Below, piece after piece: positions 1 through 10,827 of a DNA stretch of 64,000 bases (position 1 is its first letter; every line of letters begins with the position of its first letter). The notes beneath the pieces are model-generated. The model searched no databases. It had not been told where the DNA came from and saw only the letters and a list, made by a program, of their open reading frames with translations. Both the position numbers and the translations under genes were made by a program. Source of the DNA: an uncultured Hormoscilla sp. (lineage in GTDB: Bacteria > Cyanobacteriota > Cyanobacteriia > Cyanobacteriales > Desertifilaceae); the NCBI GenBank assembly GCA_963921275.4, contig OZ001293.3, positions 2,240,001-2,304,000 of the forward strand, given 5' to 3'.

Positions 1-93
1 GGGGAATTTAACCCCCATGCGGTCAGAGTTCCCGGCTAATGAAACCGGGCTAGCGTTCCGTGTTTGACCACGTTAGGCTAGAACGAATCGCAC
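1..93 (-). ncRNA. Group II intron 5' end (third copy of ORF-less intron B, runs off the window)
   Basis: Minus strand starts GTGCGATTCGTTCTAG at 93. Positions 1-93 match the 5' ends of the copies ending at 25872 and 46806. Confidence 0.9.
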
Positions 94-246
94 ACACTCT
101 ATATGGATCTCCTGGGTTTATAGCAAAAAATGTATTTTAATATACAATTTTTTTTCCAAGAAGGAAGGCTAAAACCCTTAATTTTGCGTACTCATAACCT
201 TTACTTATCACCCAAAACCCAGGATCGGGGTAAACCCATCTAAATT

Positions 247-320
247 GGTCGGGGTCGAGCTGGGAATCGCTTCCCAACCGGACCTTTCGGAACCATGGGT
301 GCGACTTTCACCGCACCAGG
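247..320 (-). ncRNA. Group II intron 3' remnant (domains V-VI only)
   Basis: Minus strand reads CCTGGTGCGGTGAAAGTCGCACCCATGGTTCCG...CTCGACCCCGACC. It is cut off at the edge of the 321-879 duplication. Confidence 0.85.
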
Positions 321-879
321 TCACTCAATTGACTTTGAAACACAAAGTCCCACAGAACTTGCTCTCACATTATTTGCTTGCGGCTTCCTCACACAGTCAG
401 ATTACGAGATACTGGTAAAAGCAATTGCAATCTCAGACCGCGTGATAGAACAACAGGAGAAAGTAGCAGTTGCACAAAATTTTGCTGACCAAGCTTTTGA
501 GGTGGTGCAGCGTCTTGTTCGCTTCCATTCCCAAGTATAGTAAGTTGGTCCCACGACACTGGGGAAGACCCAGATAAGGTTCTATCCTCTCGGGCCGCGC
601 CACCAGGCAGCCCCCTATGCTAAATTAACACTAAGCCATGTTCATGTCGGACCGGGTCCGAAACGATAACTATGTCTCTGGGAAATTTGCGCGACCTCTA
701 TCAACAAGTTATTCTAGAACATTACAAGAAGCCTCGGCATCGGGGTAAAACAGAACCGGTGCATCGGTCCCAGCGGGGACATAACCCCAGTTGCGGGGAT
801 ACCATCGAGCTGACTCTGCAACTGAATGATGCACGCGATCGCATCTGTGATGTAAAATTCTCTGGGGAAGGCTGCGCGA
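321..879 (+). repeat. 559-bp direct duplicate of 1766-2324 (3' end of a hypothetical gene plus 5' part of sufU)
   Basis: Constant offset of 1445 with about 2 mismatches. Explains ORFs 295-540 and 672-920. Confidence 0.95.
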
Positions 880-946
880 CCATCACCCAGCTAGGAACGC
901 GATTACTAGACCGGCGTTAGAGGACGATCGTCAAAACAATTGATTC

Positions 947-1383
947 ATGCATGAATTTATCGTAATAGGTAAACCAGTTTCCTTACAGTCAAATAATCGG
1001 ACTCTCCTGCGATCGTGGAAAGCTAAAGTATCTCAAGCTGCGGTCGAGGGCTGGCCAGCTGTGTCCCCCGGGAGCGCTACTCGCACTACCCGGGGGACAC
1101 AGCCGAGGCATCGCTAATTACATATTCAGTACAAGTAATTATTACTCACTATTATGAGAGTAGACCACCAGATATCGATAATATCATTAAGCCGATTCTA
1201 GATGGCTTAAATCTTTTAATATACATTGATGACAGGCAGATTACCGATCTGACAGTCAGACGACGTAAAATAAGGAGGGTTCAAACAATATCCGGCATAA
1301 TTGCTCAAGCCCTAGCAAAGGGACAAGAGTTTGTCCATGTTAAAATAGATACAGCACCTGCAATAACAGAGTTAAGCAAATGA
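947..1383 (+). pseudogene. RusA-family resolvase, frameshifted by a 44-bp palindromic insertion
   Basis: MHEFIVIGKPVS...WP[insert 1059-1102]AEASLIT...PDIDNIIKPILDGL..YIDDRQI motifs. Removing the insert restores the frame. Confidence 0.8.
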
Positions 1384-1985
1384 CTACAGCATTATCAAAA
1401 TTGTCAGATCCTATGAGCGACGAAATTGCCGATCGCTATAGACAGCAAGGTTATCGAGTTTTAGTGAAGCCGCGCGTGGCTCCCTTGACTGAATTTATTT
1501 CCAGAGCGGATCTAGATTACATTATCCACGCGGAAAAATCAGCGGTGATTGTAGCCTTAAAACCTTCTGATATCCGGCCTGTAGTTAAAGATGAATCTGA
1601 TAGCGAGCAAATACCAACATTGTATGATTATCCGGTGAGAGATTTGACAGATATTTCCATATATCAGTCGAGAGCAGGGTATCTAATAGCAAAAGGAGAT
1701 TTTGATGCAGCTGTTTGTGGTGCTGTGTTTATAGCTAAAGTAGTGATGCGGATGATAGCAGAACATCACTCAATTGACTTTGAAACGCAAAGTCCCACAG
1801 AACTTGCTCTCACATTATTTGCTTGCGGCTTCCTCACACAGTCAGATTACGAGATACTGGTAAAAGCAATTGCAATCTCAGACCGCGTGATAGAACAACA
1901 GGAGAAAGTAGCAGTTGCACAAAATTTTGCTGACCAAGCTTTTGAGGTGGTGCAGCGTCTTGTTCGCTTCCATTCCCAAGTATAG
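1380..1985 (+). CDS. Hypothetical protein (possible degenerate REase-like N-terminus plus HEPN-like helical C-terminus)
   Basis: 201-aa ORF with an ATGA overlap with the RusA-like gene. Domain assignment is tentative. Confidence 0.55.
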   Translation: MTTALSKLSDPMSDEIADRYRQQGYRVLVKPRVAPLTEFISRADLDYIIHAEKSAVIVALKPSDIRPVVKDESDSEQIPTLYDYPVRDLTDISIYQSRAGYLIAKGDFDAAVCGAVFIAKVVMRMIAEHHSIDFETQSPTELALTLFACGFLTQSDYEILVKAIAISDRVIEQQEKVAVAQNFADQAFEVVQRLVRFHSQV

Positions 1986-2116
1986 TAAGTTGGTCCCACG
2001 ACACTGGGGAAGACCCAGATAAGGTTCTATCCTCTCGGGCCGCGCCACCAGGCAGCCCCCTATGCTAAATTAACACTAAGCCATGTTCATGTCGGACCGG
2101 GTCCGAAACGATAACT

Positions 2117-2596
2117 ATGTCTCTGGGAAATTTGCGCGACCTCTATCAACAAGTTATTCTAGAACATTACAAGAAGCCTCGGCATCGGGGTAAAACAGAA
2201 CCGGTGCATCGGTCCCAGCGGGGACATAACCCCAGTTGCGGGGATACCATCGAGCTGACTCTGCAACTGAATGATGCACGCGATCGCATCTGTGATGTAA
2301 AATTCTCTGGGGAAGGGTGCGCGATCGCGATGGCGTCGGCGGACTTGATGGCGGAGGCCTGCATCGGCAAAACAGTTGGAGAAGCTCTGGAAATGGTAGA
2401 AAGGTTCCAAGGGATGATGAAAGGAGAGGTAGAGTTTCCCAAAGAACTGCGGAAGTTGAACGTCATGCAAGGCGTTTCCCAGTTCCCAGTCAGAATCAAA
2501 TGTGCTAATCTGACTTGGCATACCCTGAAAGCGGCCCTGAAAAATCCCTTAGGCAGTCAGCCAGAAGCAGGGTTTGTCAGCAACGAACAGGATTAA
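2117..2596 (+). CDS. sufU: SUF-system NifU-family Fe-S assembly protein
   Basis: LYQQVILEH, NPSCGD, GCAI, RIKCA motifs. Confidence 0.93.
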   Translation: MSLGNLRDLYQQVILEHYKKPRHRGKTEPVHRSQRGHNPSCGDTIELTLQLNDARDRICDVKFSGEGCAIAMASADLMAEACIGKTVGEALEMVERFQGMMKGEVEFPKELRKLNVMQGVSQFPVRIKCANLTWHTLKAALKNPLGSQPEAGFVSNEQD

Positions 2597-2650
2597 CACA
2601 TAATCGCTCTTCTGTTAAGATAAAAAACCCAAAACATCGGACAAAATCTC

Positions 2651-3178
2651 ATGCCAACAACAGCTTTATTTGTGCTAGCAGCTAAGTGGGTAGGAATTGC
2701 TACTGCCGTCTGTGCTGTCGTGACAGTCCTCAGCTGGGTGCTAAAATGGGGCATCAGGTTCAGACTGGTGGGCGTTACTAGCTTTATGGTGATTTTGACC
2801 GCTGGTTTGTTTACCTTGAGTATAGCGGCAGTTCCCCTGATAAAAATACCAGGTGCGGTGCCCTTTACGGTGGTGTACGATAATGGCTCAGCCCAAACGG
2901 CGATCGCAGTGCCACCGGAGATTACGGAACCCCAACTGGAAGCTACCCTCCGTCAAGCAGCTTACGATCTGTTTTCGCCAGGACGCGGTAGCAGTACAAG
3001 TACCCAGCTGACGATCAGGGCCCGGACGATAATTCATCCAGAGGAAAATGTCTCGCAACCACTGTACCTGGGTTATGTCAAGCGATCGCTTAGAGATCGG
3101 GAAGACGATAATATGGAGATATTCATAGACTCGGAAAAATTAGCCTCCTTGCCAGGATTGCCGAATTCCGCAGAGTGA
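2651..3178 (+). CDS. ycf51: Ycf51-family (DUF2518) protein
   Basis: WGIRFRLVGVTSF, VVYDNG, LEATLRQAA motifs. Confidence 0.85.
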   Translation: MPTTALFVLAAKWVGIATAVCAVVTVLSWVLKWGIRFRLVGVTSFMVILTAGLFTLSIAAVPLIKIPGAVPFTVVYDNGSAQTAIAVPPEITEPQLEATLRQAAYDLFSPGRGSSTSTQLTIRARTIIHPEENVSQPLYLGYVKRSLRDREDDNMEIFIDSEKLASLPGLPNSAE

Positions 3179-3208
3179 CTGGGGATAAGGTACGGGCGAT
3201 TAAGCCTG

Positions 3209-4384
3209 ATGACGGAAGGAAAAAATACCACGATTATGTCTGAGGAAGCTTTATTACCTAAATTAGCAGCGGCAACAGCCAATAAGCCCTTAATATATAT
3301 GAGCGTTGCCCCAGTCAGGGTGATGCGGGGGGAAAACTGTCTGTCCCAAGCAGGAGAGGCGATCGCCCGTTTGGGTTCTCGTCCCCTGATCGTAGGGGGC
3401 GATCGGACTCTAGAGGTAGTGCGACCCCCCTTGCAACCAGTCCTGGAAGAACAGCAACTAACTGCTGAGTCGGCGGACTACTCTCCTGATTGTAGTGAAG
3501 CAACATTAGAGTCCCTGAAGCAAGCTGTGAGTAGCCATGCAGCGGATCTGATTATTGGCGTCGGCGGCGGGAAGGCCCTGGATGCGGCCAAATTGGTGGG
3601 TCACTATTGTCAACTGCCAGTGGTAACTATTCCGACATCAGGGGCAACCTGTGCTGCCTGGTCAGCCCTTTCTAATGTATATTCTCAGGAAGGTGCCTTT
3701 CTCTACGATGTCAGTCTCGCCCACTGTCCGGAGTTGCTAGTGCTAGATTACAATCTGATTGCGACAGCTTCACAGCGGACTCTGGTGGCAGGCATAGGAG
3801 ATGCGATCGCCAAATGGTATGAAGCATCTGTCAGTAGCGGTCACTCCCAGGAAACCACGATTATTGCTGCTGTCCAACAGGCGAGGATCCTGCGAGATAT
3901 TTTATTTCAAAAGTCAGCAGAGGCCCTCAAAGAACCAGGAGGAGAAACTTGGCGGCAAGTGGTAGATGCTACAGTACTGCTAGCAGGGGCGATCGGGGGA
4001 CTGGGAGGTGCCCAATGTCGCACGGTAGCGGCCCATGCGGTCCACAATGGCTTAACCCATATCCGGGGGGCCCCTCATATTTTACATGGAGAAAAAGTCG
4101 CCTATGGTATTCTAGTGCAGCTGCGCTTGGAAGAGATGGTACAGGGAAACAAACTGGCAGCTACGGCGAGACAACAGCTGTTACAGTTTTACACAGAGAT
4201 TGGTCTTTATAAAACCTTGGATGACTTGGGACTGGGGAACGTCACCCTGGCAGAGTTGCGTAAAGCAGCGGACATTGCCTGTTCCCCTAATTCTGACATT
4301 CACCGACTCCCTTTCCAGGTGGGGCCCGACCAACTGATGGCAGCAATGGTTTCGACTTCCACTCCTACTCAGTATAGCCTATAG
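3209..4384 (+). CDS. Iron-containing alcohol/glycerol dehydrogenase family
   Basis: GVGGGKALD, IPTS, GIGDA, AHAVHNG, HGEKVAYG motifs. Confidence 0.9.
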   Translation: MTEGKNTTIMSEEALLPKLAAATANKPLIYMSVAPVRVMRGENCLSQAGEAIARLGSRPLIVGGDRTLEVVRPPLQPVLEEQQLTAESADYSPDCSEATLESLKQAVSSHAADLIIGVGGGKALDAAKLVGHYCQLPVVTIPTSGATCAAWSALSNVYSQEGAFLYDVSLAHCPELLVLDYNLIATASQRTLVAGIGDAIAKWYEASVSSGHSQETTIIAAVQQARILRDILFQKSAEALKEPGGETWRQVVDATVLLAGAIGGLGGAQCRTVAAHAVHNGLTHIRGAPHILHGEKVAYGILVQLRLEEMVQGNKLAATARQQLLQFYTEIGLYKTLDDLGLGNVTLAELRKAADIACSPNSDIHRLPFQVGPDQLMAAMVSTSTPTQYSL

Positions 4385-4801
4385 CTATGATGATGGATAC
4401 AAATCCAGCACCAAATCTAAGGGGATGATGCCGATCCGTTTGAGTAGTGCAGCATCAAGCACAAATCCTCCTTGACCATTTTCTGAGGAAAAGCCACAAA
4501 ATATTTCTATGTCGCATACCGACATTAGTTCTTTGAATCGCTCAACCTTTGACTCAATCAACAACAATAATTTGCTAATATGTAACTTGAGCGGTTCCGA
4601 TTCATCTAGGCCGCTTTCGAGAATCCACGATGACTCTTGCCTAATTTTACCGCTGGGGTTACGGGGATTGACAGGTGTTCCGATCGCGTAGGCACAAGTT
4701 GGTTCTATTCCCAGAGTTTTAGTAATTACTGCTGGAGTTATAGTCTTGCTAACGATCCGCAGAGATGCAGAATTCCATTTTTGGTCTATTTTGGGGTCCA
4801 T
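4385..4801 (-). CDS. DUF4279-like putative immunity protein
   Basis: ITKTLGIEPT, SSWILES and C-terminal LDLY pattern. AT-rich. Confidence 0.7.
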   Translation of the reverse strand: MDPKIDQKWNSASLRIVSKTITPAVITKTLGIEPTCAYAIGTPVNPRNPSGKIRQESSWILESGLDESEPLKLHISKLLLLIESKVERFKELMSVCDIEIFCGFSSENGQGGFVLDAALLKRIGIIPLDLVLDLYPSS

Positions 4802-4812
4802 TATTTACAAAT

Positions 4813-5100
4813 TTAGAGTAAGTAGTCAAAGATATTTCCAATCGAGTCGCCAACTCCTCCACCCTCCATTTTAGGATAAACTTCACCTGTCTCAGAATCT
4901 ACCATAACGTCTGGATTCCGTCTAGATCCACTTCTCGGTAAACCATCCCTTTTTAATTTATGAATCGCCTTGCGGATTTCTGTGACAGGTAGATTTAGTT
5001 GGTTTGCTAGCTGACTGAGATTTTTTGTTAGCCTTTCGGGATCGGGTATATTGCTGGAGCCGTTGTTAGAGCCAAAAGTGATATGAATCCTCTTTTTCCT
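4813..5100 (-). pseudogene. Start-less polymorphic-toxin tip (Ntox33-like)
   Basis: Open frame ...EIRKAIHKLKR...NPDVMVDSETGEVYPK..GGVGDSIGNIFDYLL* directly upstream of the DUF4279-like gene, with no ATG. Confidence 0.5.
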
Positions 5101-5280
5101 TTGCGTCGTACTGGTGATTTTCTCTTGATGACTTCGCTTTTGAGGATCTCTCTACCTCCTCGCGATGAGCTTTCCCAGAAACAGATCCTCCCGTGGTACT
5201 GGAGGCTCTGCCTCTGGTAGACGTTCCCAGGTTCTACCTGGGAACGAGATGCAGGGGGGCCCCGTCCGACTCAACTTTTC

Positions 5281-5715
5281 TTAGGACATGGACGTTAAAA
5301 TGTCCTGGGCGTGGGTTGCAGTTTGCACTTTGTCGATGACTTGGGAAATTTTGCCTTCACTGTCGATAATGTAAGTGACGCGCTTGGCGTAGCCGCCACC
5401 ATCGACATCGTAAGCCTTAGTAATTGCACCGTCGGTATCGGCCAGCAATTGGAACGGCAGGCCGTATTTCTCGGTAAACTGCTTGTGAGATGCTTCGTCG
5501 TCCGTGCTGACTCCCAAAACGACCATATCCTTGTTCTGGTACTCGGCATAACTATCTCGGAAGCTTTGGGCTTCCTTGGTGCAGCCGGGAGTGTTGTCTT
5601 TGGGGTAAAAGTATAGCACAACGGTTTTGCCCGCGAAGTCGGACAGCTTGACGGTGTTGCCGTTGGTGTCCTTTATGGTGAAGTCGGGCGCGACTGTACC
5701 TACTGTCAGGCTCAT
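5281..5715 (-). CDS. bcp: Peroxiredoxin Q / BCP
   Basis: YFYPKDNTPGCTKEA motif. Confidence 0.92.
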   Translation of the reverse strand: MSLTVGTVAPDFTIKDTNGNTVKLSDFAGKTVVLYFYPKDNTPGCTKEAQSFRDSYAEYQNKDMVVLGVSTDDEASHKQFTEKYGLPFQLLADTDGAITKAYDVDGGGYAKRVTYIIDSEGKISQVIDKVQTATHAQDILTSMS

Positions 5716-5807
5716 GGAATAATGCTCCTTATTAATTTTCTTCTAGCATGATATCATTATCGGAATATCAGCAATTATTCCATCTATAATAAATCTTCAC
5801 AAATAAT

Positions 5808-7082
5808 TCATAAAGCTTCGCCTCTATCGGGGATTATATGATTGAGGGCATCGACAAGCATATGCAGATGAGTGGCTTCATGAGTCGCCATAACTGAGAT
5901 GCGAATGCGACTGGTACTGACGGTAGGCGGGCGGATGGCTGGGGCAAAAATCCCCGCAGCTTTCAGTTTCTCTCCCACTCTCAAAGCTTGGGCTGCACTC
6001 TCCAGGTGCAAGCAGAGTATGCTAGACTCAGAAGGCAAAAGTTTCAGATGGGGCAGCTGTTGAGATATTAGCTGTTTCAGGTAAGTGACATTTTGCCAGA
6101 GTTGAGTGCGCCGTCGCGGTTCCCGTTGGCAGATCCCGATCGCCTGGAACGCGGCAGCAGTATCTGCAGGAGTCAGAGCCGTGGTATAGATCCAGCTAGG
6201 GGCGCGATTTCTGAGAAAATCGATCAGCCTTTCACTGCCAGCGACATACCCGCCCAAACTGGCCAACGCTTTGGACAGTGTGCCAACTTGTATTAGTTCC
6301 CGCCCCGATGTGCTCTGCGCAGTGCGAATATGATGTCCCCCGGGTTTCTCCGTGGGTCCGGGGGACATCAAGCGCGCATCGCACATCGGACTCAGCCCAA
6401 AATGTTCCACGCAACCAGCACCGGTAGCACCCAATACTCCCGTGGCGTGGGCTTCATCTATCAGCAGCATACAGCTAAACTCTTCTGCTAAGTCTAGCAG
6501 CTCGGGCAAAGGACATAAGTCCCCATCCATGCTAAAGACGCTGTCGGTGACGATCAAACAGCGGCGGTAAAACAGTCGGTGCTGATGCAGCTTAGCTTTG
6601 AGCTCCTCCAGGTTACAGTGGGCGTAGTCAAGCACCCTCGCACCGCTGAGTATTGCTCCATTTTTGAGACTAGAATGATTGTACTGGTCAGAAAGAATCA
6701 AATCGCGCTGGCCCACCACAGCGGCGATCGCCCCCAGGTTGGCCAGATACCCTGAACTAAATACTATCCCATCTGCTGTTTGCTTTAAAGAGGCGATCGC
6801 CCTTTCCAAGTCTCGGTGCAACTGTCGATGTCCGCTTAGCAGTCGCGAACCCGTACTACCCGTTCCCCATTTAGAGGTAGCATTAACAGCAGCTTGAATC
6901 AGGCGTGAGTCTCCTGCTAGTCCCAAATAATCATTACTAGCAAAATTGAGCGCCGACTTTCCTGCCAACTGTATCACTGGACCGGGCCGACTGTCAATCG
7001 TCACCACCGATCGATACCAGTTAGCGCGGTGAATGGTTTCCAGGGATTTTTCCAGCCATCCATAAGGATCCGTTGACAGCAT
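5808..7082 (-). CDS. bioF: 8-amino-7-oxononanoate synthase with an in-frame 28-aa repeat-derived insert
   Basis: [35 protein letters not shown] motifs. Confidence 0.92.
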   Translation of the reverse strand: MLSTDPYGWLEKSLETIHRANWYRSVVTIDSRPGPVIQLAGKSALNFASNDYLGLAGDSRLIQAAVNATSKWGTGSTGSRLLSGHRQLHRDLERAIASLKQTADGIVFSSGYLANLGAIAAVVGQRDLILSDQYNHSSLKNGAILSGARVLDYAHCNLEELKAKLHQHRLFYRRCLIVTDSVFSMDGDLCPLPELLDLAEEFSCMLLIDEAHATGVLGATGAGCVEHFGLSPMCDARLMSPGPTEKPGGHHIRTAQSTSGRELIQVGTLSKALASLGGYVAGSERLIDFLRNRAPSWIYTTALTPADTAAAFQAIGICQREPRRRTQLWQNVTYLKQLISQQLPHLKLLPSESSILCLHLESAAQALRVGEKLKAAGIFAPAIRPPTVSTSRIRISVMATHEATHLHMLVDALNHIIPDRGEAL

Positions 7083-7126
7083 TACCCAAAATAGTATAAG
7101 ATTTAAATGATTATATCCTAAACAGG

Positions 7127-7978
7127 ATGACAGAGAATATGGTAAAAACTAACGTGGAATTGCCCTATTTTGACGGGCTGCTCGCAGAATTTGGCAAAGG
7201 GAACGAGCAGGCGATCGCCGCATTTAGTCGCCATGTCCATTGGGGCTACTGGGATAACCCCTATGCCGCAGATGGTACAGTGGCAGACTTTGCTGCTGCG
7301 GCTGAAAGCTTGTGCAAGCGGGTGTGCGATGCTGGTGGGGTGGATGCAGGCTCACGCATCCTCGACTGCGGTTGCGGTTTCGGCGGCACGATCGCCAGTC
7401 TTAACGATCGTTTCTCCCACAAACAGCTAGTTGGCTTGAATATTGACGATCGCCAGCTAGCCAGGGCCAGAGAACAAGTGCAACCGAGCAATGGCAATCA
7501 GATCGATTTTATACTTGCAGATGCCTGCGAAATGCCTTTTGAGGACAACTCCTTTGATGTGGTGCTAGCAGTGGAGTGCATTTTCCATTTTCCCAGTCGA
7601 GAGCGCTTTTTTCAAGAAGCCCGGCGAGTTCTGGCCCCAGGAGGCAGATTGGCCATCTGCGACTTTGTACCCCTGCCAGTGCTCCTCTTCTTTGGCAAGC
7701 TGACGGAAAATTGGATCAAACCTTCTGTGGCTCGCACCTACGGACCAGTTAACAGTAACTTTACCCTGGAGAAATACCGGAGTCTAGCCGCAACTACTCA
7801 ATTCTCGCTCCGGCATTCCGAAGACATCACAGTTAACATTCTGCCAACTTACCCAGTAGTACGCAAACTACAGCGTCAGGTGGGAGACATGGCGACGGAG
7901 AAAGTAACGGCTATGGTAGAATTGATTAACCGCTTGGGACTGTTTCGTTATCTGATTCTGTCCTTTGAAGTTGTTTAA
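7127..7978 (+). CDS. SAM-dependent methyltransferase
   Basis: [24 protein letters not shown] motifs. Confidence 0.88.
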   Translation: MTENMVKTNVELPYFDGLLAEFGKGNEQAIAAFSRHVHWGYWDNPYAADGTVADFAAAAESLCKRVCDAGGVDAGSRILDCGCGFGGTIASLNDRFSHKQLVGLNIDDRQLARAREQVQPSNGNQIDFILADACEMPFEDNSFDVVLAVECIFHFPSRERFFQEARRVLAPGGRLAICDFVPLPVLLFFGKLTENWIKPSVARTYGPVNSNFTLEKYRSLAATTQFSLRHSEDITVNILPTYPVVRKLQRQVGDMATEKVTAMVELINRLGLFRYLILSFEVV

Positions 7979-8079
7979 TATTTCTGTCATTTTATCCGGC
8001 TTCTTATCCAAACAACAATCTGATTGTTCGTAGTGAGTCCTCACTACGAACCTGTTCTTAACCAGTTATATCAGGATCT

Positions 8080-8324
8080 TTCATATAGCTTAACAGCCAG
8101 TTAGCCGCCGTTGCCCGCATTCGAGTCTAACTGGGACCAAATTCACCGATCTTGTAGCCCTTAAACCCCAGATGTTCCTTCAATAACTGCTTATTCTCTT
8201 TGGGAATGGAACGAGTCAGCTTTACTGTTGGTTGGCGGTTGGCAGTAAAATCCGGTGGTTCAAGATATGCTTCGGACCAGTCACCTACAACCTGCGATCT
8301 ATTCCATTTGCCCATAGACAGCAT
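8080..8324 (-). pseudogene. C-terminal remnant of a conserved hypothetical protein
   Basis: VKLTRSIPKENKQLLKE..GFKGY, then an internal stop before RATAANWLL. Confidence 0.45.
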
Positions 8325-8619
8325 TTTGGCTAACTATCTTTTTAAATTAGATATTTATCACCAGATAATATAGCGTTTCTCAAATTGATGTAGTATAGAA
8401 AATTGCCTACTTGTCATTGTGAGGGGGAAGGAGATTAGCGACTAACTTATGATTTATTAGTTACCCCCCCGACGCAATCTCCGATATTATATCACACTAA
8501 TCTGAGAAATGCTATATGCATGTACGGGCATGGTAAGTTTTTAGTTGAGGAAGATGGCCTGCGATCGCCTCCAAGCAGCCAAGTTGACCGATCGCTAGTT
8601 AAGCGCTACTTCTGGTTCT

Positions 8620-9140
8620 CTGATGCATCGTGTATCGTTGACTTAGCTAAAGCAGCTATCTTGGTAATTGACATGCAGAACGACTTCTGTCATCCCGATG
8701 GCTGGTTAGCACATATTGGGGTAGATATCAATCCTGCCAGGAAGCCGATCGACCCCTTAAATCAACTATTACCAGCATTGCGGGCAGTTGATGTCCCGGT
8801 AATTTGGGTAAACTAAGGGAATCGTCCAGACTTATTAAATATTAGCGCTGGTTTGCGTCATGTTTACAATCCTACGGGAGAAGCGGTGGGACTGGGAGAC
8901 CCCTTACCCAAAAATCATGCGCCAGTCTTGACAGTTGGCAGTTGGGCCGCTGCTGTAGTTGACGAATTACAGCAGTTGCCAGAAGATATTAAAGTGGATA
9001 AGTACCGGATGAGCGGTTTTTGGGATACGTTCTTGGATAGCATTTTACGGAATCTGGGCAAAATAAGCCTATTTTTTGCCGGGGTGAATGCTGACCAATG
9101 CGTGATGGCCACTCTGCAAGATGCTAACTTTTTGTACCAT
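8620..9140 (+). pseudogene. Isochorismatase/cysteine hydrolase
   Basis: LVIDMQNDF, in-frame TAA at 8814 in place of Trp (VN*GNRPD), KYRMSGFW, GVNADQCV. Truncated. Confidence 0.85.
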
Positions 9141-9279
9141 TTTGCCGTGCTTGTTCGATGCACCGCTCCGCTTTTTGGTATGCTGTGTCTGCTGCCATCG
9201 CGTTTTACCCAAACTTGTACATTAACGCCTATGTTATCACATTAGCGTGGATTGACGGGTAATCCGAGGAGAGGGCTCT

Positions 9280-9590
9280 CCCCCCAGGGGTGGGAGGACG
9301 ATAAACTTGACCAGATTTCTCTCCTTCCAGGGGTGGGAGGACGATAGGCCAGATCATATTCCTCTCCTCCTAGGCTAGGTTAATGATAGACTTGACCAGA
9401 TCCCTCTTTTTTTGGAACTAAGAGGATGATAAACTTGACCAGATTCCTCCCTCCTAGGCTGGAAAGACGATAAACCTGACCAAATTCCTCTCTTCCCGGG
9501 GCTGGGAGGACGATGAATTTGACCAGATTCCTCTCCTCTCGGGGCTGGGAGGACGATGAACCTGACCAAATTCTTCTCCTTTCTGGAGAA
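9280..9590. repeat. Degenerate ~42-43-bp tandem repeat, about 7 units
   Basis: Recurrent GGAGGACGATAAACTTGACCAGATTCCTCTC core. Confidence 0.8.
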
Positions 9591-10060
9591 ATTCACGGTC
9601 CTCCAACTAAATGGGTGCGCTCACAAGTAGTTGATAGCCGGGTGCATCTGGTGATGCATGTAATATAGCCGGTGCAAGCAGCGCATCCCGGATTGAGCGC
9701 GTCAGCGAGGGCGGAGAGAAGAGCACTTTGTTTCTGTAGCCGGGCCCTAAAAGGCGGCTCCGCTAAATTTTTCTAAAGTTCCGCCCCTATCTACCCGGAA
9801 TCCCGTTCTACATAGTTTTGGCGATTTCCCACATGTCACTCTCATTTGAGAACTACTATAATAGAGAAAGTATCCATAGGTTGGGGGAAGGGAACAGGGA
9901 ACAGGGAACAGGGGAACAGGAGAATGGGGGGAACAGGGGAACAGGGGCTCGGGGGGATCGTGAGCGAGCAGAACTTCATCTCCAGATGCCCTATTTTTGG
10001 TACTCCCCCAAAGTTTGGATGCAGAGAAAAGTAAAACCTTTTGAACTAGATGAAGCGATT

Positions 10061-10726
10061 ATGACAGATTATATTCCCAAAGGAAACGATTCATTTAAGG
10101 CTTGGGCTGCTCAGTTTATCAACTATGCTAGCAATAACACTGCTGCCTTGGGAATAACCGCAGACGATTTTACTCAACTCACCCAGGAGCAAGCCCAATG
10201 GCAAACTGCCTTCGACAATTATATGGCGCTGCAAGCTTCTTTGTCCCAATCCCGTCAAGAAGCTAAGAATGCTCGCGATCGCCTAGAAAAGAGTTTGCGT
10301 CGCTTTGCTCAATGGTTGCAGCACAATCCCAAGATAACTGATGTCCATCGCCTGGGTTTGGGAATTACTGTCCCAGATACGAGCAAAACTTCTGTTGTTG
10401 CCATACCCACAACCGCTCCCGTAGTCCAGGTGGATCTGAGCAAGCGCTTTGAACATATCATTAATTTTGCTGACAAAGAAACTCCCAATCGCAAGACAAA
10501 ACCTAAAGGGGTAACGGGGTGCGAAATTTGGGTGAAGATTGGTGATAATCTTCCCAAGGACGCGAATGAATTGAGGCTGCTGAATGTGGCGAGAACGACT
10601 CCCTTTAACGCCAAATATAGTGGTAATGAGGCCGGCAAAATGGCCCATTATATGTTGCGTTGGGTGACTGGCAGAGGTGAACCTGGTCCCTGGAGTCAAA
10701 CCTATAGTTTCACTATTCCTGGATAG
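10061..10726 (+). CDS. Hypothetical protein (helical N-terminus plus beta-rich C-terminus ending GEPGPWS)
   Basis: MTDYIPK start. The upstream ORF extension is made of GGGAACA heptamer repeats. Confidence 0.75.
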   Translation: MTDYIPKGNDSFKAWAAQFINYASNNTAALGITADDFTQLTQEQAQWQTAFDNYMALQASLSQSRQEAKNARDRLEKSLRRFAQWLQHNPKITDVHRLGLGITVPDTSKTSVVAIPTTAPVVQVDLSKRFEHIINFADKETPNRKTKPKGVTGCEIWVKIGDNLPKDANELRLLNVARTTPFNAKYSGNEAGKMAHYMLRWVTGRGEPGPWSQTYSFTIPG

Positions 10727-10827
10727 GGCTATACTCCGCGCGGTAATCGCACAAAAGACACAGCTCGAACCCGTTCCAGGCGGGAGCCTCTTAACGAGGG
10801 ATCCGGCTACGAGAACCGCCTGCTTCG

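Noticed and set aside
295..920. Two independent genes
   Set aside because: They are truncated products of the 559-bp duplication.
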